Program-made: the position numbers and the translations under genes | The notes under the pieces: model-generated | Told to the model about the DNA's origin: nothing | Database searches by the model: none | What the model saw: only the letters and a program-made list of their open reading frames with translations | In this document: one piece after another, positions 11,446 to 23,820 of the stretch | How positions within the stretch are numbered: the stretch's first letter is position 1 | Layout: each line of letters starts with the position of its first letter | NCBI RefSeq assembly: GCF_009834535.1 | Contig: NC_045696.1 | Coordinates: 72,294,001-72,358,000 of the forward strand | DNA: 64,000 nucleotides | Origin: Camelus ferus | Lineage: Eukaryota | Direction: 5' to 3'

Positions 11446-13719
11446 GGGGTGGCCACTTTTAACTCGGTAACTTCCACAGGAAATAGAATCATAAAAGGAT
11501 AAGGACCTTCCCTTGAGAATGGAGGATCAGGCCCTCCTCTGGGAAACACAAGCAAGATAATGTGGAGGCACCATGATTCGACTGCCAGATACTTGTGACT
11601 TTGGAAAATCATTTTGCTCCTCTAGGATTCAATATCTCCCTCTATGAAATAAAATGTTTTGTCTAGAAATTTTCTAAGGTTTCAAACTTATATGTCAACA
11701 AATATTTGTGAGCACCTATTAAGTTCCAGGCACTCGAGATGAAGTGATAAACCAGGGGAGTGGGGTCTCTAGTCTCCCAGAACTCAGGGGTAGTCTCGTA
11801 TTTAATAGTCTGTCTATGGAAGGATGACTGCCACTTATTTAATAAGGGTTTTAGTTTAATGTTAGCCCTCGGATTGTCTGATCTTATTCCAAGTCATGTT
11901 TCTTTTGTCCTTTTTCTACTTCCTGGTCTTCCTCAATCATTCCCAGAGAAATACAACATGGCACTAAATCAAACACTTGTCTAATAAGATGTGTTGAGAA
12001 AATGCCAAATGTATTTTATTGGTCAGAACTTGTTTTGATGAACTGTGGCTGATATTACTTGCATTCATGGATGTGACTTAGGGAGGGAGAACAGATATTG
12101 TGACCACGTTTGGGTCTTATTGCTGTGTCATAATTATATAGCTGTATGGATAAAACATAGTTCAAAATAAAACACAGTTGAAATCTCTTCTTGGCCTTAT
12201 AAAATCAGTCTATAAATTTATCTATTGCATTTAAGCAGTGGGTTTATATTTTTGAGTGCCAATGTGTGCTATTTTCCTACACAAACAGCTATACTTAAAG
12301 CTTAATGAAGTAAGAAAGGCATCCAGGAAGAGCTAGAGCCAACATCTTGTATATTTGAACCTGTCTGTTCTGTCAGTGACCCATAGAGTGAAGAGCTGTG
12401 TCAGCTAATCATTTAGCTGACCATTGCTGACAGACAAATACCTCATGCTGAGCTGGGAGGGAATGTCACAAAAACATCAGAAGTCAACAAGGTGACACAA
12501 TTCCTGTGGGGTCCTATGCTTATTTTTGCCATTGCTTGGAGCTGAGTGATTACACATAAAAATGCATCTTATCTGCAAATAACATACAGATTTTAAGACT
12601 TTAAATTACTTTGTTTTAAGAAGGTGTTTTTAAAACTACTTGGACACATATTTTTTCCAATGATGATAATTAGCTGATTAATAATATCATAGTCATCAAA
12701 AGAGATAGCATGTTTTCAAAATCGTGCAACAACAGATTAGCCCTTAGATGGCTTTAATTGGAATACCTAATAATTATAACCTTGTAGATCCAAGGGAAGA
12801 AATGTTTTCAACTGTAAACACAAACACAGAAAAAACAAAACAAAAATTTGTCAGCAGAAGACTGCCTACTTATATGACTACTAAGCCAGAAAGCAGCTGC
12901 TTCAGGGGACATAGTCTAATGAAACCACAGAAGTAGTGGTTTCCAACATAATAGCTAAAGTCCCATCATCCACCTGCCCTACCATCTACAAATTTTGAAA
13001 CATTTTTGCATGTCAAATTGTATTTCTTAAGTAATTATGGGTTTTCCATTTTAATAAGCAAAGACAATTTTAGCTACCAGTTTTTTTTTTACCATTATGA
13101 TGAATTCGAAACAATAGATATCCGAATACTGAATTGCTCTAATTCCCACCCAAACGAAAGAAACTTGTAGACATCAGAGACGCCCTTATGGTGATCAAGT
13201 ATGTGATTTCCTTTAAACATTTAAAAATATTGAAAATGGTACATGAAACCCATTGCTACTTTCTAGGAATTTCTAGAGTTGTAGAGATCTCTAGTGAGGA
13301 AACTCAATGACAAATAAAAATTATATGTGTGAATTGTGCAGTGTTTGATGCAGTTAAGATTTCTTTTTCTAAGAATGTGAAGAAGCAAGCTATGTTTTCC
13401 TAGCAGAGTTAAACAAACTTTCCCATTGCAAGACAAATTCAATGAGGTCCCTTATAGCCAAGTCTTTTGGTAATTGTCAAAAGATGTATGGCTCAACAAT
13501 GGGACTGTTTACTGTTCTTGGCAGACCTGTATGCGCACAGTAAGAAACAGGCTGGGATGCAAAGAACAAAATAAACTAAATAAATGACTAAAAAGTATTT
13601 TTCATAAAAATGTGAGCTACAAATTCCACTGTGAGATGGTTGATACTTCAAGATGTGGAGTATTTTTTCTCATTACTAGTTATACTGCCTCTGAGAATTA
13701 ATGTTGGCCCTTAGGGAGT

Positions 13720-13720
13720 A

Positions 13721-13752
<32 letters not shown>

Positions 13753-13757
13753 TGTGT
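13720..13757. repeat. (TG)n microsatellite
   Basis: Seen directly. Confidence 0.95.
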
Positions 13758-13803
13758 TCCAACAGCTATTTACTGAACAGACTGTATAGTGAACATGTGA
13801 TAC

Positions 13804-14209
13804 CAAAAGTGTTGCTTGGAATATTTAGGCCCACTCTGAACTGTTTTGTGATCTTTGAGCCTTAAAGGTATATCTGCCCTCCCCAACCATAGCCCCACAC
13901 TGTTTTTTAGGGCCTGATGTGTCAAATGCTAACCAGTCTGTTTCCCGGAGCCCTGAGAATGTTCTCCTCTAGACTTAATACTTCAGGTTCAGGGAAAGAC
14001 ATTGCTGGGGTAAAGAAGAAAGATACTTGAGGTGAGATCCCTTCTGGAAGGTAAGAAGTAAGATTTGCCAAGAGTGGGAGGAGGAGTGCATGACAGAGGT
14101 GTTCCATTAGAGAGGCATGGTTCTAAGCACAGGGAGCAAGCTTCGGAGTTAGGATGAGTGTGACTATGAGAACCTTCCTCCATCATGAAGTATTTCTCGG
14201 GTGGTCTAC
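13804..14209 (-). pseudogene. Possible fossil exon: TSR end plus linker
   Basis: AG/GT-bounded segment containing HSHTHPNSEACSLCLEPC. Weaker match than the other segments. Confidence 0.35.
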
Positions 14210-14586
14210 CTTTGAACATGAGAAAAGTCACATACAATTTTATGTTTGTCAATCTACCCTCTGCCCTTCCCCACCATGGTTTTTCACCCCAGGTTTATTG
14301 AGAAATAATTGACATATATCACTGTGTAAGTTTAAGGCATACAGCCTGATGGCTTGATTTACATATATTGTGAACTCCCTATGTTTTATTACTTTTAGTT
14401 ATGACAACCATTCCGTTAAGTCTGATGTATCTGAATAGGCTTGTGTGCTGTTGTTATGGAGAACAAAGAAAGGTAAAGCAAAAGGAGAAATGACCTTTCT
14501 TTTGAATCTGTCAGTTGTAGAGGAAGATGACGCTTACTTTAGGAGGGTGGGCTGACTGCTGAGCTTCACCTAAACATTGCCTCTAC

Positions 14587-14850
14587 AGGGTTCCCCAAAC
14601 AGTGTCTAAAACCATGTTAATAAGTGATCCACCCCAAGAAAGGGTTCTATGGCCAAATAAGTTTGGGACATGTTGTATGCCATGGGAGGTTCACAATATA
14701 CATTAACAGTCTAAAATAATCTGAAGAGCCCTGCAGTAGAGAAAATTATTTAACTTTGCTTAATCTAGTATTCCTCACTAGACCTAACTATAGACTTTAT
14801 TTCATGGGATGTGTTTTTCATGGAACAAAATTGACATATGGAGAACACTA
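14587..14850. mobile_element. hAT-Charlie-type DNA transposon relic
   Basis: Starts cagggttccccaaac; contains ggccaaataagtttggga; ends near ggagaacacta. Confidence 0.5.
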
Positions 14851-14899
14851 CCACATCTTTCTTAACATTCCACTCTTGATTTTCTTCTTACCTGTCTGG

Positions 14900-16780
14900 G
14901 TACCCCTTCTGCCTCCTTTGCTGGTTCATTGTCTCCTGGTTATTAGATACTAGATTTCCTCAAGGATTAGCCTAGGCTTTCTTCTCTTTTCATTCCTTAT
15001 TCTCCCTTTTTTCTCACCCATGCCTGTGTTTTTAATGACTGCCTCATGGAAATGCCTTACAAATCTCACAAATTATCTCTAGTCTAGACCTCTTCTCTAA
15101 AACTCAGCCCTGTATATTCACCAGCTTGTGTGACATCTCTACTTGGATGTCTGAAAGGACTTCCAATTTCAACGTTAAATTAAGATCATTGTCTTCCTGT
15201 CTTTGCCCGGTCTTCTTGCAGTCTTCCTTTTTTCAGGAAATTGCTTTATAATTTATTCAGTTATGGACGTCAGAAACCTGGAGTTATTCTCGATACAACC
15301 CTCCATTACACTCATCAGATCGGATAGATGTTACTTCCTAAGAACCTTAAATCCATCCACTTCTCTCCATCTCCATTTTCCCTGATTTGGTCCATGTTAC
15401 CAACTTTTCACACCTGGGATCCTACAAAGGCTTGTCTGGCTTTGTAGCATCTACTCTTGCCCTCTCTAATCCATTATTCACACTATTGCCCAAGTGATGA
15501 TTCTTATTACAAACCTAATAACATCTCCTTTCCCCTTAAAAGACTCCATTACTCTTAGACAAAGACCAAATCCTTATGTCACAAAAGCCCTGTGAGATTG
15601 GGCCTCTATCTCTTGTTTCAGCCTCATTTTGCATTACCCTACTGATAACCCTCTTTGCTTCTCTTGTGATTTACTTGTTTTAAAAAAATGAGATATCATT
15701 CACTCTTCTTGGTATTCACTTTTTATGGTATGTCATGCCATAAAATTCACTCTTTTGCAGTATACAATACAGTCATTTTAGTATAGTTTCAAGGTTGTGT
15801 AACTATCACCACGATATAATTCAAGACTTTCATCCCCTCTAAAAGAAATCCACTAGCAGTCATTCTCCATTTCCCTCTACTCTAGCCTCTTGCAATCACT
15901 AATTTATATTCTGCCTCTATGGATTTGCCTATTTTGGACATCTCATATAAGTAGAATCATATAAATGGAATATCGCCTTTTATGTCTGGCTTATACTGTT
16001 TTCAGGGTTCATCCATGTTACAGCATGTATTAGTATTTCATTCCTTTTTATTGCCAAATTATACATATATAGGGTATTTTGTGCATTCATCAGTTGGTAG
16101 ACATTTGGGTTGGTTTCCAGTTTTTTGGCTATTATGAATAATGCTTCTTTGAACATTCATGTACAAGTTTTTGTATAACATTTTCTTTTGGGTACATACT
16201 TAGCGGTAGAATTGCTTGGTCATTATGGTAGTTCGATGTTTAATTTTTTTGAGGATCTGCCAAACAGTTTTCCAAAGTGACTGTACCAGTTTACATTCTT
16301 ATCGGCAAGGTGTGAAGGTTCCAATTTCTCCACATCTTTGCCAACTTGTTATTGTCCACCTTTTTATTTTTATAGCTGTATTAATAGTTATGAAGTGGTA
16401 TCTCATTGTGGTTCTGATTTGCATTTCCCTAATGACTTACGTAGTTTTTGGTTTACTTTCAGGTTTCTGAAATGCATCATATTCCCTTTTGCTGCAGAGT
16501 TTTTGCATGTAAAGTTTCCTTTTCTCTGATATCCCTAGGTCAAATTCATTGATCTTAAGCTCTTGTAGGTTTATGTAATTCTCACTCAAAGTGCTTACCA
16601 CAATTGTAATTCTACATTTGTATGTGTGATCTTATGATCAGTTTCTTCTCTCCTGGAATATAAGTTTCATGAAGGTAGGGAAAACTGTTTCTATTACTCT
16701 CTGTTGCATTCTCAGCACAGACATGCTTGGCATATAATAGTTAGTCAATAAATATTTTCTGAATTAGTGAAAGAATAAAT
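14900..16780 (-). mobile_element. L2 fragment split by a nested L1MB-like element (~15680-16436)
   Basis: L2 motifs (gacatctctacttggatgtc; tcaataaatatt) on both sides of an antisense L1 3' end/ORF2 C-terminus. Confidence 0.75.
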
Positions 16781-17414
16781 AGATTGATTCTGTATTACAG
16801 AAATAGCTTTAATAGGTAAAGGCATTCAATGCCACAGTGTATTCCCACAGGATTTCTCAGAAGACAGTTTAAGGTCATGAATTCTCTATGTGAATAATTA
16901 TATACTTTGGTGAGTTAAAAAAGATAAATGGGTGGAGAAAATCAGAGCAGAGAGAAATGTCTGTAGGGATGAAGGATAGACAAATTCTATCGGATTACTT
17001 TTGCATACCCTACGAATTAAAAAGTGATGGGTTATTATGATTTTGGACAGTTGTGAAATCAACTCATTTGTCTTTTAAACTGATTTCCTCATGAATTAAT
17101 CTCCCTAAAATTATTAAAATGAAAATTCAGTTTCCTTTCAGTAGATTGACCCTTCTTCCATGAGCCTTTTACATTGGCATATAGGCACTATTTGCCAAGC
17201 CCTAGACTTCTTCAAAAAAAGCAAAATGGAAGAGTTCTAGCAACTTTTATCCACTGACACAAATTATCTCCATTGGTCATTTCTGTCTGAAACCCAAGAT
17301 TCTTATTCATTTCAGTTGAATGCTTTTGCTAAGCAGCAGATGACATTTACTTATACAAATGAAAGCTAGAATTTCAGGAAAATCTAATCTAACATCCTCT
17401 AACATTTATCATTT

Positions 17415-17628
17415 CAAATGACCCACAGTAAAGAGTAGCATGCACACCCTAGCACTCTGACACTCAGTGGGGATATCAGCTAGCAGTTAGGACCCTTTAC
17501 TCAAATGCATTGTATCTAGCAAAGGAAGAGAGTGACCAGTACTCCATGCACATCAACAAACAATGACATCCTGAAACATAATGACCACAAGCATGGTATC
17601 CCCCATCTCACCTGTGGCCAAGTGTAGC
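17415..17628 (-). pseudogene. Fossil TSP1 exon
   Basis: Acceptor ttttccacctttattccctaag, then GYTW/TGE/WG/ACGH, FVDVHGVLVTLFLC and PTECQSARVC..FTVGH. Confidence 0.6.
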
Positions 17629-17673
17629 CTTAGGGAATAAAGGTGGAAAATAGCAATACTAAAGAAAAGATAC

Positions 17674-18010
17674 CTGTAAAGGGGCTTTTACTAAATTGTT
17701 AAAGGTGTCAAGCTTCTTTTCCTTCTCCCTGTTAGTAAACTCTTCATGGTTGAAGGCATGGAGGCTTAATGACAGGAGATGGACATGCCACAGACAGAAG
17801 TGGCCCTTGGACCCTGGAGGTCACTGTGTGATGGTGTGTGTGAAGGAATGTGCATCCTTTTTACGTCTTTGTTCCAGAGGACATGGTCCACTGGCAAATC
17901 CTGTTGCACTAAGATAGGAGGGTACAGATAACCCAAACATAATGCAGACATGTGGACATTGTTTTCATGACATGGCATTCCGAATCCAAAGTGCACCACC
18001 CCTCTCAAAA
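17674..18010 (-). pseudogene. Fossil TSP1 repeats
   Basis: FGFGMPCHENNVHMSALCLGYLYPPIL/CNRICQWTMS; SCH*ASMPSTMKS; ends PFTG|gtatct (donor). Confidence 0.65.
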
Positions 18011-18399
18011 AACAAACAAGGCTTTGGTTTCTTTCTGCATGGAGAACTCTAGGTTTGTAAGTCCCTCGCATTTTCTCAATCTCTAACTCTTTTTCTCTCT
18101 GTGTTTCTGTTGATTTCAAGTCTCTTTCTCTTTGTCTCTATGTCTCTCTTCTTATGTCTCTATCCAGAAAATACTTTTACTTACATATGTGTTATATCTC
18201 CTAGACATTGTGCTCATTACCTATAGATACAATTGACTAATATATACAAAACATGTAGCATGTTTGTACAAATCATACACACACACGCACATACACACAC
18301 AAACACACACCCTACATACTTCTAACTCCCAAGTAAAAAGAAATTCTCAAGTCAATCTGTCATTGAATGGGCAAACACAAATTACTTTAACTATCTTTT

Positions 18400-20540
18400 A
18401 TGGAGGAAAGACAATTTAGTTTTTTCAGAAATAGTGTGAGGATGACTTGGATTTACTAATATTTGCTCTAATGGAATTGGTTCCCTGCCCATGGACTTGT
18501 GTTCTCTATTATCAGCTCTTGGTCTCCACTTGGGCTTCATCTTTGGAACATTTTCTTGGTACTTCTGTTATTTGTTGTTAACTTTGTACTGTGGAGTCTG
18601 TCCTGTTCTCTACATGCTCACCTGGACTTGTTCTTTTTATCTGTCTTGGCTCCCAGATCCTTCTTCCCCTGGGGTACTGATTTCAATACCCTGAAGCCAC
18701 AAGGAGGCAATGTCAGACATTTATTCCCATAGGCCCTGGTGTTTCCAGGGGGTTCCTTCTTGTCTCTGCTCAGGGATCTCTGCCTCCAAAGACCTACCCA
18801 GTACTTCAGCTGCAGCTGAACTGGGCTGCAGATTTTGGGGGAACATGGAACCCTTGTTGGGTGGTTCATTTCAGAAAGCACACCTGGGCCCCAGTGCCTG
18901 GGTTCCCATGACCAGGTGCCTCAACTTTAGGCCTCCAAACCACACAGAGGCCACAGAGTGACATACCAGGCTAGCAGTGAGCCCCACAGCCTCCTCCTCT
19001 TGCTACAACCAAGAAGGCTCATGTTCCACTGCAGAGCCTAGGACACCTGGTCCTATTGGCATTGTTTCTGCCCCAACCATGTAACAGCTGCACCAGGAGC
19101 AATTCACCTGCAACTCAAAGACATTGCTGTGCTTTTGCCTGTGGGTGCAATTATATCAGGACACATGGAGCTCCAGGTCCCCAAGGGGTTTCGTGGTTTG
19201 CTTTGTATTTGGTGAAAGCAGAGTTAAATAGAACATACTTCTAGATTAGGAAGCCTTCATTAGAGGACTTCATGAAACTTTTAGTATCATTAAGGCACAA
19301 ATTTGGGGCTGTGCTTGGTATAAGTTGGACTCAATATTATCATGATTTTGCCTAGAGGTGGGTAAATGGCTGGCTGTGCCATGTAATTTCAGAATGGAAT
19401 GACTGAGTCTTAGGACTTAAGTTTTAGGAAGGGCTAAGAGGTGTGATTTTTGGTGAACTGGTATGAATTCCTTCTCTTCTTCCCTTTTTCTAATATCTGA
19501 CCAATATCTCTCACACTGGCTGAATGTTGTGAGGTTCAGGATGTTCTCATCAAGATTTCACTCATCATCCTGCATTGCCCAAGCTGTGCTCCCATCTGCA
19601 TTCAATCTAGTTTGGAGGGCAGATTCTGGATTCAAGGTACATGGATTCAAGTCCTACTTCCAGTGTTTATTCATTATGTGGCCTTTATGTAAGTCACTTT
19701 ACCTCTGAGCCTTAATTTCTACATCTATAAAATGGCACTAATAACAGTAGGTACTACATGGGATAAAACAGTGCCTGACACAAAAAGAGACTAAAAAATA
19801 TTAGCTATTGTTATCATCGTCATTATGACCAGTCTGCCTTCACATCACCCAGAACCGTAACGTGTGACATCTCACTGGTCCAGTCTCTTAAAATCTGTCC
19901 ATCTTGGATAATCTACACTGACAATTGAGTAAAACTGCCACCAGGAGTTCCAAGAGGACCTATCTTGATATACCTATACAGGCATACCTTGCCACAGGGC
20001 AAGTCACACACAGAGAAATTCTCACAAAATAAGAACTGAAATTCTATCAGAATACCTGAATTTGGAGCCATTATGATATTTATCTCAGCCTCCTCAGGGA
20101 ACCTCTGCACTATTCCTGCAGTGTCATCAGGGCCCTGGAAGTTGACCAGTATCTGATACATTTTATGGGCCCTCAGGATGCCTGCTAACCTGCCAAAGTC
20201 AGGACCTGAGACATGTTCTCTAGCACTGGGACTTTTACAACACCATCCAAGAACAAAACAATGCCTGACTTCTCCCCTAGTGTTTACACAGCAAGAAGCT
20301 GCAGGACAACTTCTGGGGGCCTTTCACCCCAGGTGTTGTCCTCATTTTTCATTGCCTTCAAATAGAGTATTATTTGATCCAGCAGGACCAGATTTCCATC
20401 TGTACCCCAGAGAACTTAAACAGGGTATGAAGAGTGTTGTACAGGAAGTATTGGACTTAGAATGATCTCAGAATCAGTTCCGATATCCAGTCCACTGGAC
20501 CAAGGTAACCCAAGGAAGCCATCACAGAAACCCATTCCAC
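18400..20540 (-). pseudogene. Large fossil exon: Cys-rich end, ADAMTS spacer, 4-5 TSP1 repeats and a low-complexity linker (MIR inserted)
   Basis: GFCDGFLG; NTSCTT...LGY...PAGSNN...HLG; GP...PNSGILIEF; CENFSVCDLPCGK; PRW..DWT..YGSG.M*RQ; RLNADGS...DDE*NLDE; QVNCSWCS; AWYVTLWPLC..GGLKLRHLV; TRVPCSPKICSP. Confidence 0.8.
19612..19826 (+). mobile_element. MIR inserted inside a TSP1-coding region
   Basis: MIR core aagtcactttacctctgagccttaatttctacatctataaaatgg and 3' tail ttagctattgttatcat. Confidence 0.85.
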
Positions 20541-20789
20541 CTTTGAAGAACTTTAACTTACTACTAATCAAATCTGATTATCGCTTTAATCCACGGTTTA
20601 ATGGCAGAAGGGAAACTGAATGAGTAGTGCACCTGATATTGTATCAGTGTGATTTTGCTGGTTTGAACGCAGATGTTTCTGACTCTAAAGCCCAGAACTC
20701 TCTATCACACCTCACTTCTTTTTTCTGAGGATACAGCTGATACCCACCCTCAAACAGACTCAACTCCTAAAAGGACGTAAGAAATAATT

Positions 20790-21985
20790 TTATGTATGTA
20801 TGTATGTATGTATGTATGTATCTAAAGTATAATTGATCTACAAAACCATGTTAGTTCCAGGTGTACAGCATAGTGATTCAATATTTCTATATAGTACAAA
20901 ATGAATACTACAGTAAGTCTAATTACCACTTGTTGCCATACAAAGTTATCAAAATGTTACTGGCTATATTCCTCATGTCATATATTTCATTCCTGTGACT
21001 CATTTATTTTGTATCTGGAAGTTTGGTCCTCTTAATCTCCCCTCATTTATTTCACTCATTCCCTTCTCCCCTTCCCTCTGACAACCATCTGTTTGATGTC
21101 TGTATCTATGAGTCTGTTTCTGTTTTGTTATATTTGTTCATTTGTTTTGTTTTTTAGATTCACATTTAAATGAAATTATATAGTATTTAGATTTAGATCA
21201 TATAGAACTAGACTGACTATTTTGCTTGGCATAATACTCTCTAGGTCCATCCATGTTGTTGCAAATGGCAAGATTTCATTCTTTTTTTTCCTGGCTAATA
21301 TACCATTGTATATATACACCACATCTCTTTTATCCATTCATCTCTTGATGAGCACCTAGATTGTTTCCATATCTTGGCTATTGTAAATAGTGCTGCAATG
21401 AACATAGGGGTGTATATATCTACTCAAATTAGTGTTTCTATTTGCTTTGGAAAAATATCCAGGAGTGGAATAGCTGGATTTTATAGTAGTTCTAGTTTTA
21501 ATTTTTTGAGGAACCTCCATGCTGTTTTCCATCGTGGCTGCAGCAGTTTACATTTCCACCAACAGTGCATGAGGGTTCCTTTCTCTCCATACTTTGCCAG
21601 CACTTCTTATTTGCTGTCTTTTTGAAAATAGCCATTCTGACTGGTATGAGGTGAAATTCCACTGTGGTTTTGATTTGCTCTTCCCAGATGATTAGTGATG
21701 TTGAACATCTTTTCATGTGTCTGTTGGCCACCTGTATGTCTCTTTTGGAAAAATATCTGTTTAGGTGGTCTGCCCATTTTAAAATCTTTTTATTGTATTT
21801 TTGATGTTAAGTTGTGTGAGTTCTTTGTATATTTTGGATATTAATCTCTTATCAGATATATTGTCTGCAAATATCTTCTCCCATTCAGTAGGCTGCCTTT
21901 TGGTTTTCTGACAGTTTCCATCACTGTGCAAAAGCTTTTAAATTTTTGTCCCATTTGTTTATTTTTGCTTTTGTTTTCCTTGATA
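20790..21985 (-). mobile_element. 5'-truncated L1 with (TATG)n tail
   Basis: ORF2 C-terminal peptide [14 protein letters not shown] on the minus strand, plus L1 3' UTR. Confidence 0.9.
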
Positions 21986-22127
21986 AAAAGACATAAGAAA
22001 TAATTTAATTTATACAAGTACATTTGAGCTGCCTTTGACAACTAGGTGGAATGCAGTCATGAGGAAATGGGAAAAGGAGAGGACAACTCAGGCAGAAGGA
22101 ACAGAGTGAGGGCAGACATGAGGTGAG

Positions 22128-22233
22128 ACTCTGGAGTGCATCTCTGGGGAACATGTGTGTGAATGGTGCATGGATCCAGGGGAAGTAGCTATAACACCTC
22201 CCTGGGATGTAATGTGTTTGTGTAGTATGTGGA
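22128..22233 (-). pseudogene. Fossil exon start: second half of central TSR and start of Cys-rich domain
   Basis: Acceptor ttttttctag, then PHTTQTHYIPGRCYSYFPWIHAPF...PRDALQS. This fits PxPxxGGxYCxG...YxxCxxxPC...FRxxQC with Cys codons decayed. Confidence 0.45.
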
Positions 22234-23499
22234 CTAGAAAAAAAGACTAGGAATAAAATACCTACATGGCAATGGTGATTGTGCAGTACAGATGAATTAG
22301 AGGTAATTTCTTCTTTTCTCTAATTTTTATTGTGCAATGTGCATGTCCTCTGGCCTTGCCTGTGAATCAGTCCACTGTGTCTCATACTGCCTTTGTGTCA
22401 TTGTCACTGCTCTACTCTGGGCCCTGCCTCATGACCACTCTATGCTGCTGACATCATTTGCCTATAAGGCAGGCTTTTGTTTGGTCTGCCTAGCTACTCA
22501 CTCTAGAACTGCTGCACAGCATCTTTCCTAGACCTCAGCCAACCCAGGAACCCTGCTCCCTGCAGCACTCTCCTCACTGCTTGTGACTTTGACCACAACC
22601 TGCCCTCATGTCCTCACCCTGACTCCACCGCGCTCTTGCCAACAAACTGCCTGCTCTGGTCCTCCACTCATCTGGCCATTGCACTACCCTTGTGTAAAGC
22701 TCTTTGAAGTGACCCCAGACACAGTTGCTTGGGGTCCTAGGTCCTGCAGCTTCCACTTAGGATTCAGAGCAACACCCTTACAGCCTGGGCTCTGCTGGAC
22801 TGAGTACAATGTGGAAAAACATGTTCTCCTGTTCTTTATAAAGATGTACGTTAAAAAAAAAACCCAAACCAATCAATCAACCAACCAGCTAACCAACCAA
22901 AAAACCATACCTGTCATGGGTTGGATCATTACTTTTTCCCAGGGCATGTACACACCAGTAGGGTGGCTGATCTGGGTGGTTTCAGTGCCTACTATGTGCC
23001 TGACTGTTACGCCAGGTACTGGGACACACGAAGACAGGAGAATCCAAGTTCCACCTTCACAGAGCTCACGTGGCAATGAAGGAGACTGCCCACAAACAAG
23101 TCAACCAGCAAACAAATAATATAATTTTGTGTGGTTATAAGTGCTAAATCTAAGTTAGGGTGGGAAAGTCAATAGACAAAGTAAATACTTATGAAGGAAG
23201 AGATCTTAGCCTCACACAACCCAATTTCTATCTGAAGAGGACTTCTTTAACAAAAATACAAAGAAAAGACATTTTTATATTGCAATTGGTAGTCTGTTAG
23301 GTCACCTCTATGAAATTGAAAGTAGAAGTGTTGCAAATATTCATTCTACTTTTACGTAAATGCCCTTCTTGGGAAAACTTGGTGTCAGTTCCTTATGTGT
23401 TATGATCTGGCAACTTAAATACAGAAATATGTATTACAAAGTTATCACGTTGGAATAATTTTAAAAGCTAATTTACTGGTGGAATTCTAGATTCACAAT

Positions 23500-23820
23500 A
23501 TCCTTCCCAGAGCTGGCTAAGCGCTTGCAGTCCTAGCTCATTACCTTGCACTCCCCTTTGTGTTAATGATCGCACTAATTACCTGCAGGTGTCTTTAGTT
23601 CCACCTTTAAGGAATAGTGTTTTCACTTGGCTTAATTCCAATTAAGCTGTTTACCTCTCTATGCAAATTCTCCCTGCAACTGGAAGAATTCAAGTAAATT
23701 TTGTGTCCAGTTAAGTTTGTGCTGCTAAGATAATATTTAGATTTGAGGGGATAGTTTTTGCTCCCTATTGATTTGCATTCTACTTCATGAGCGCAACAAA
23801 CATATTTTCAAGATGAATTT
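23500..23820. promoter_or_regulatory. Candidate conserved enhancer inside an intron of the fossil gene
   Basis: Repeat-free; octamers ATGCAAAT (23661) and ATTTGCAT (23771); TGTTTAC; several TAAT/ATTA; retained CpGs. Confidence 0.35.

Noticed and set aside
20160..20540. Possible bornavirus-N-like or cadherin-like translation in alternative frames
   Set aside because: Only 3-4-residue resemblances with wrong spacing. The ADAMTS Cys-rich/spacer reading fits many more anchors and the surrounding context.
22583..23119. 178-aa plus-strand ORF
   Set aside because: Non-ATG start; it runs through poly-A, an (AACC)n-like repeat and an L2 fragment.
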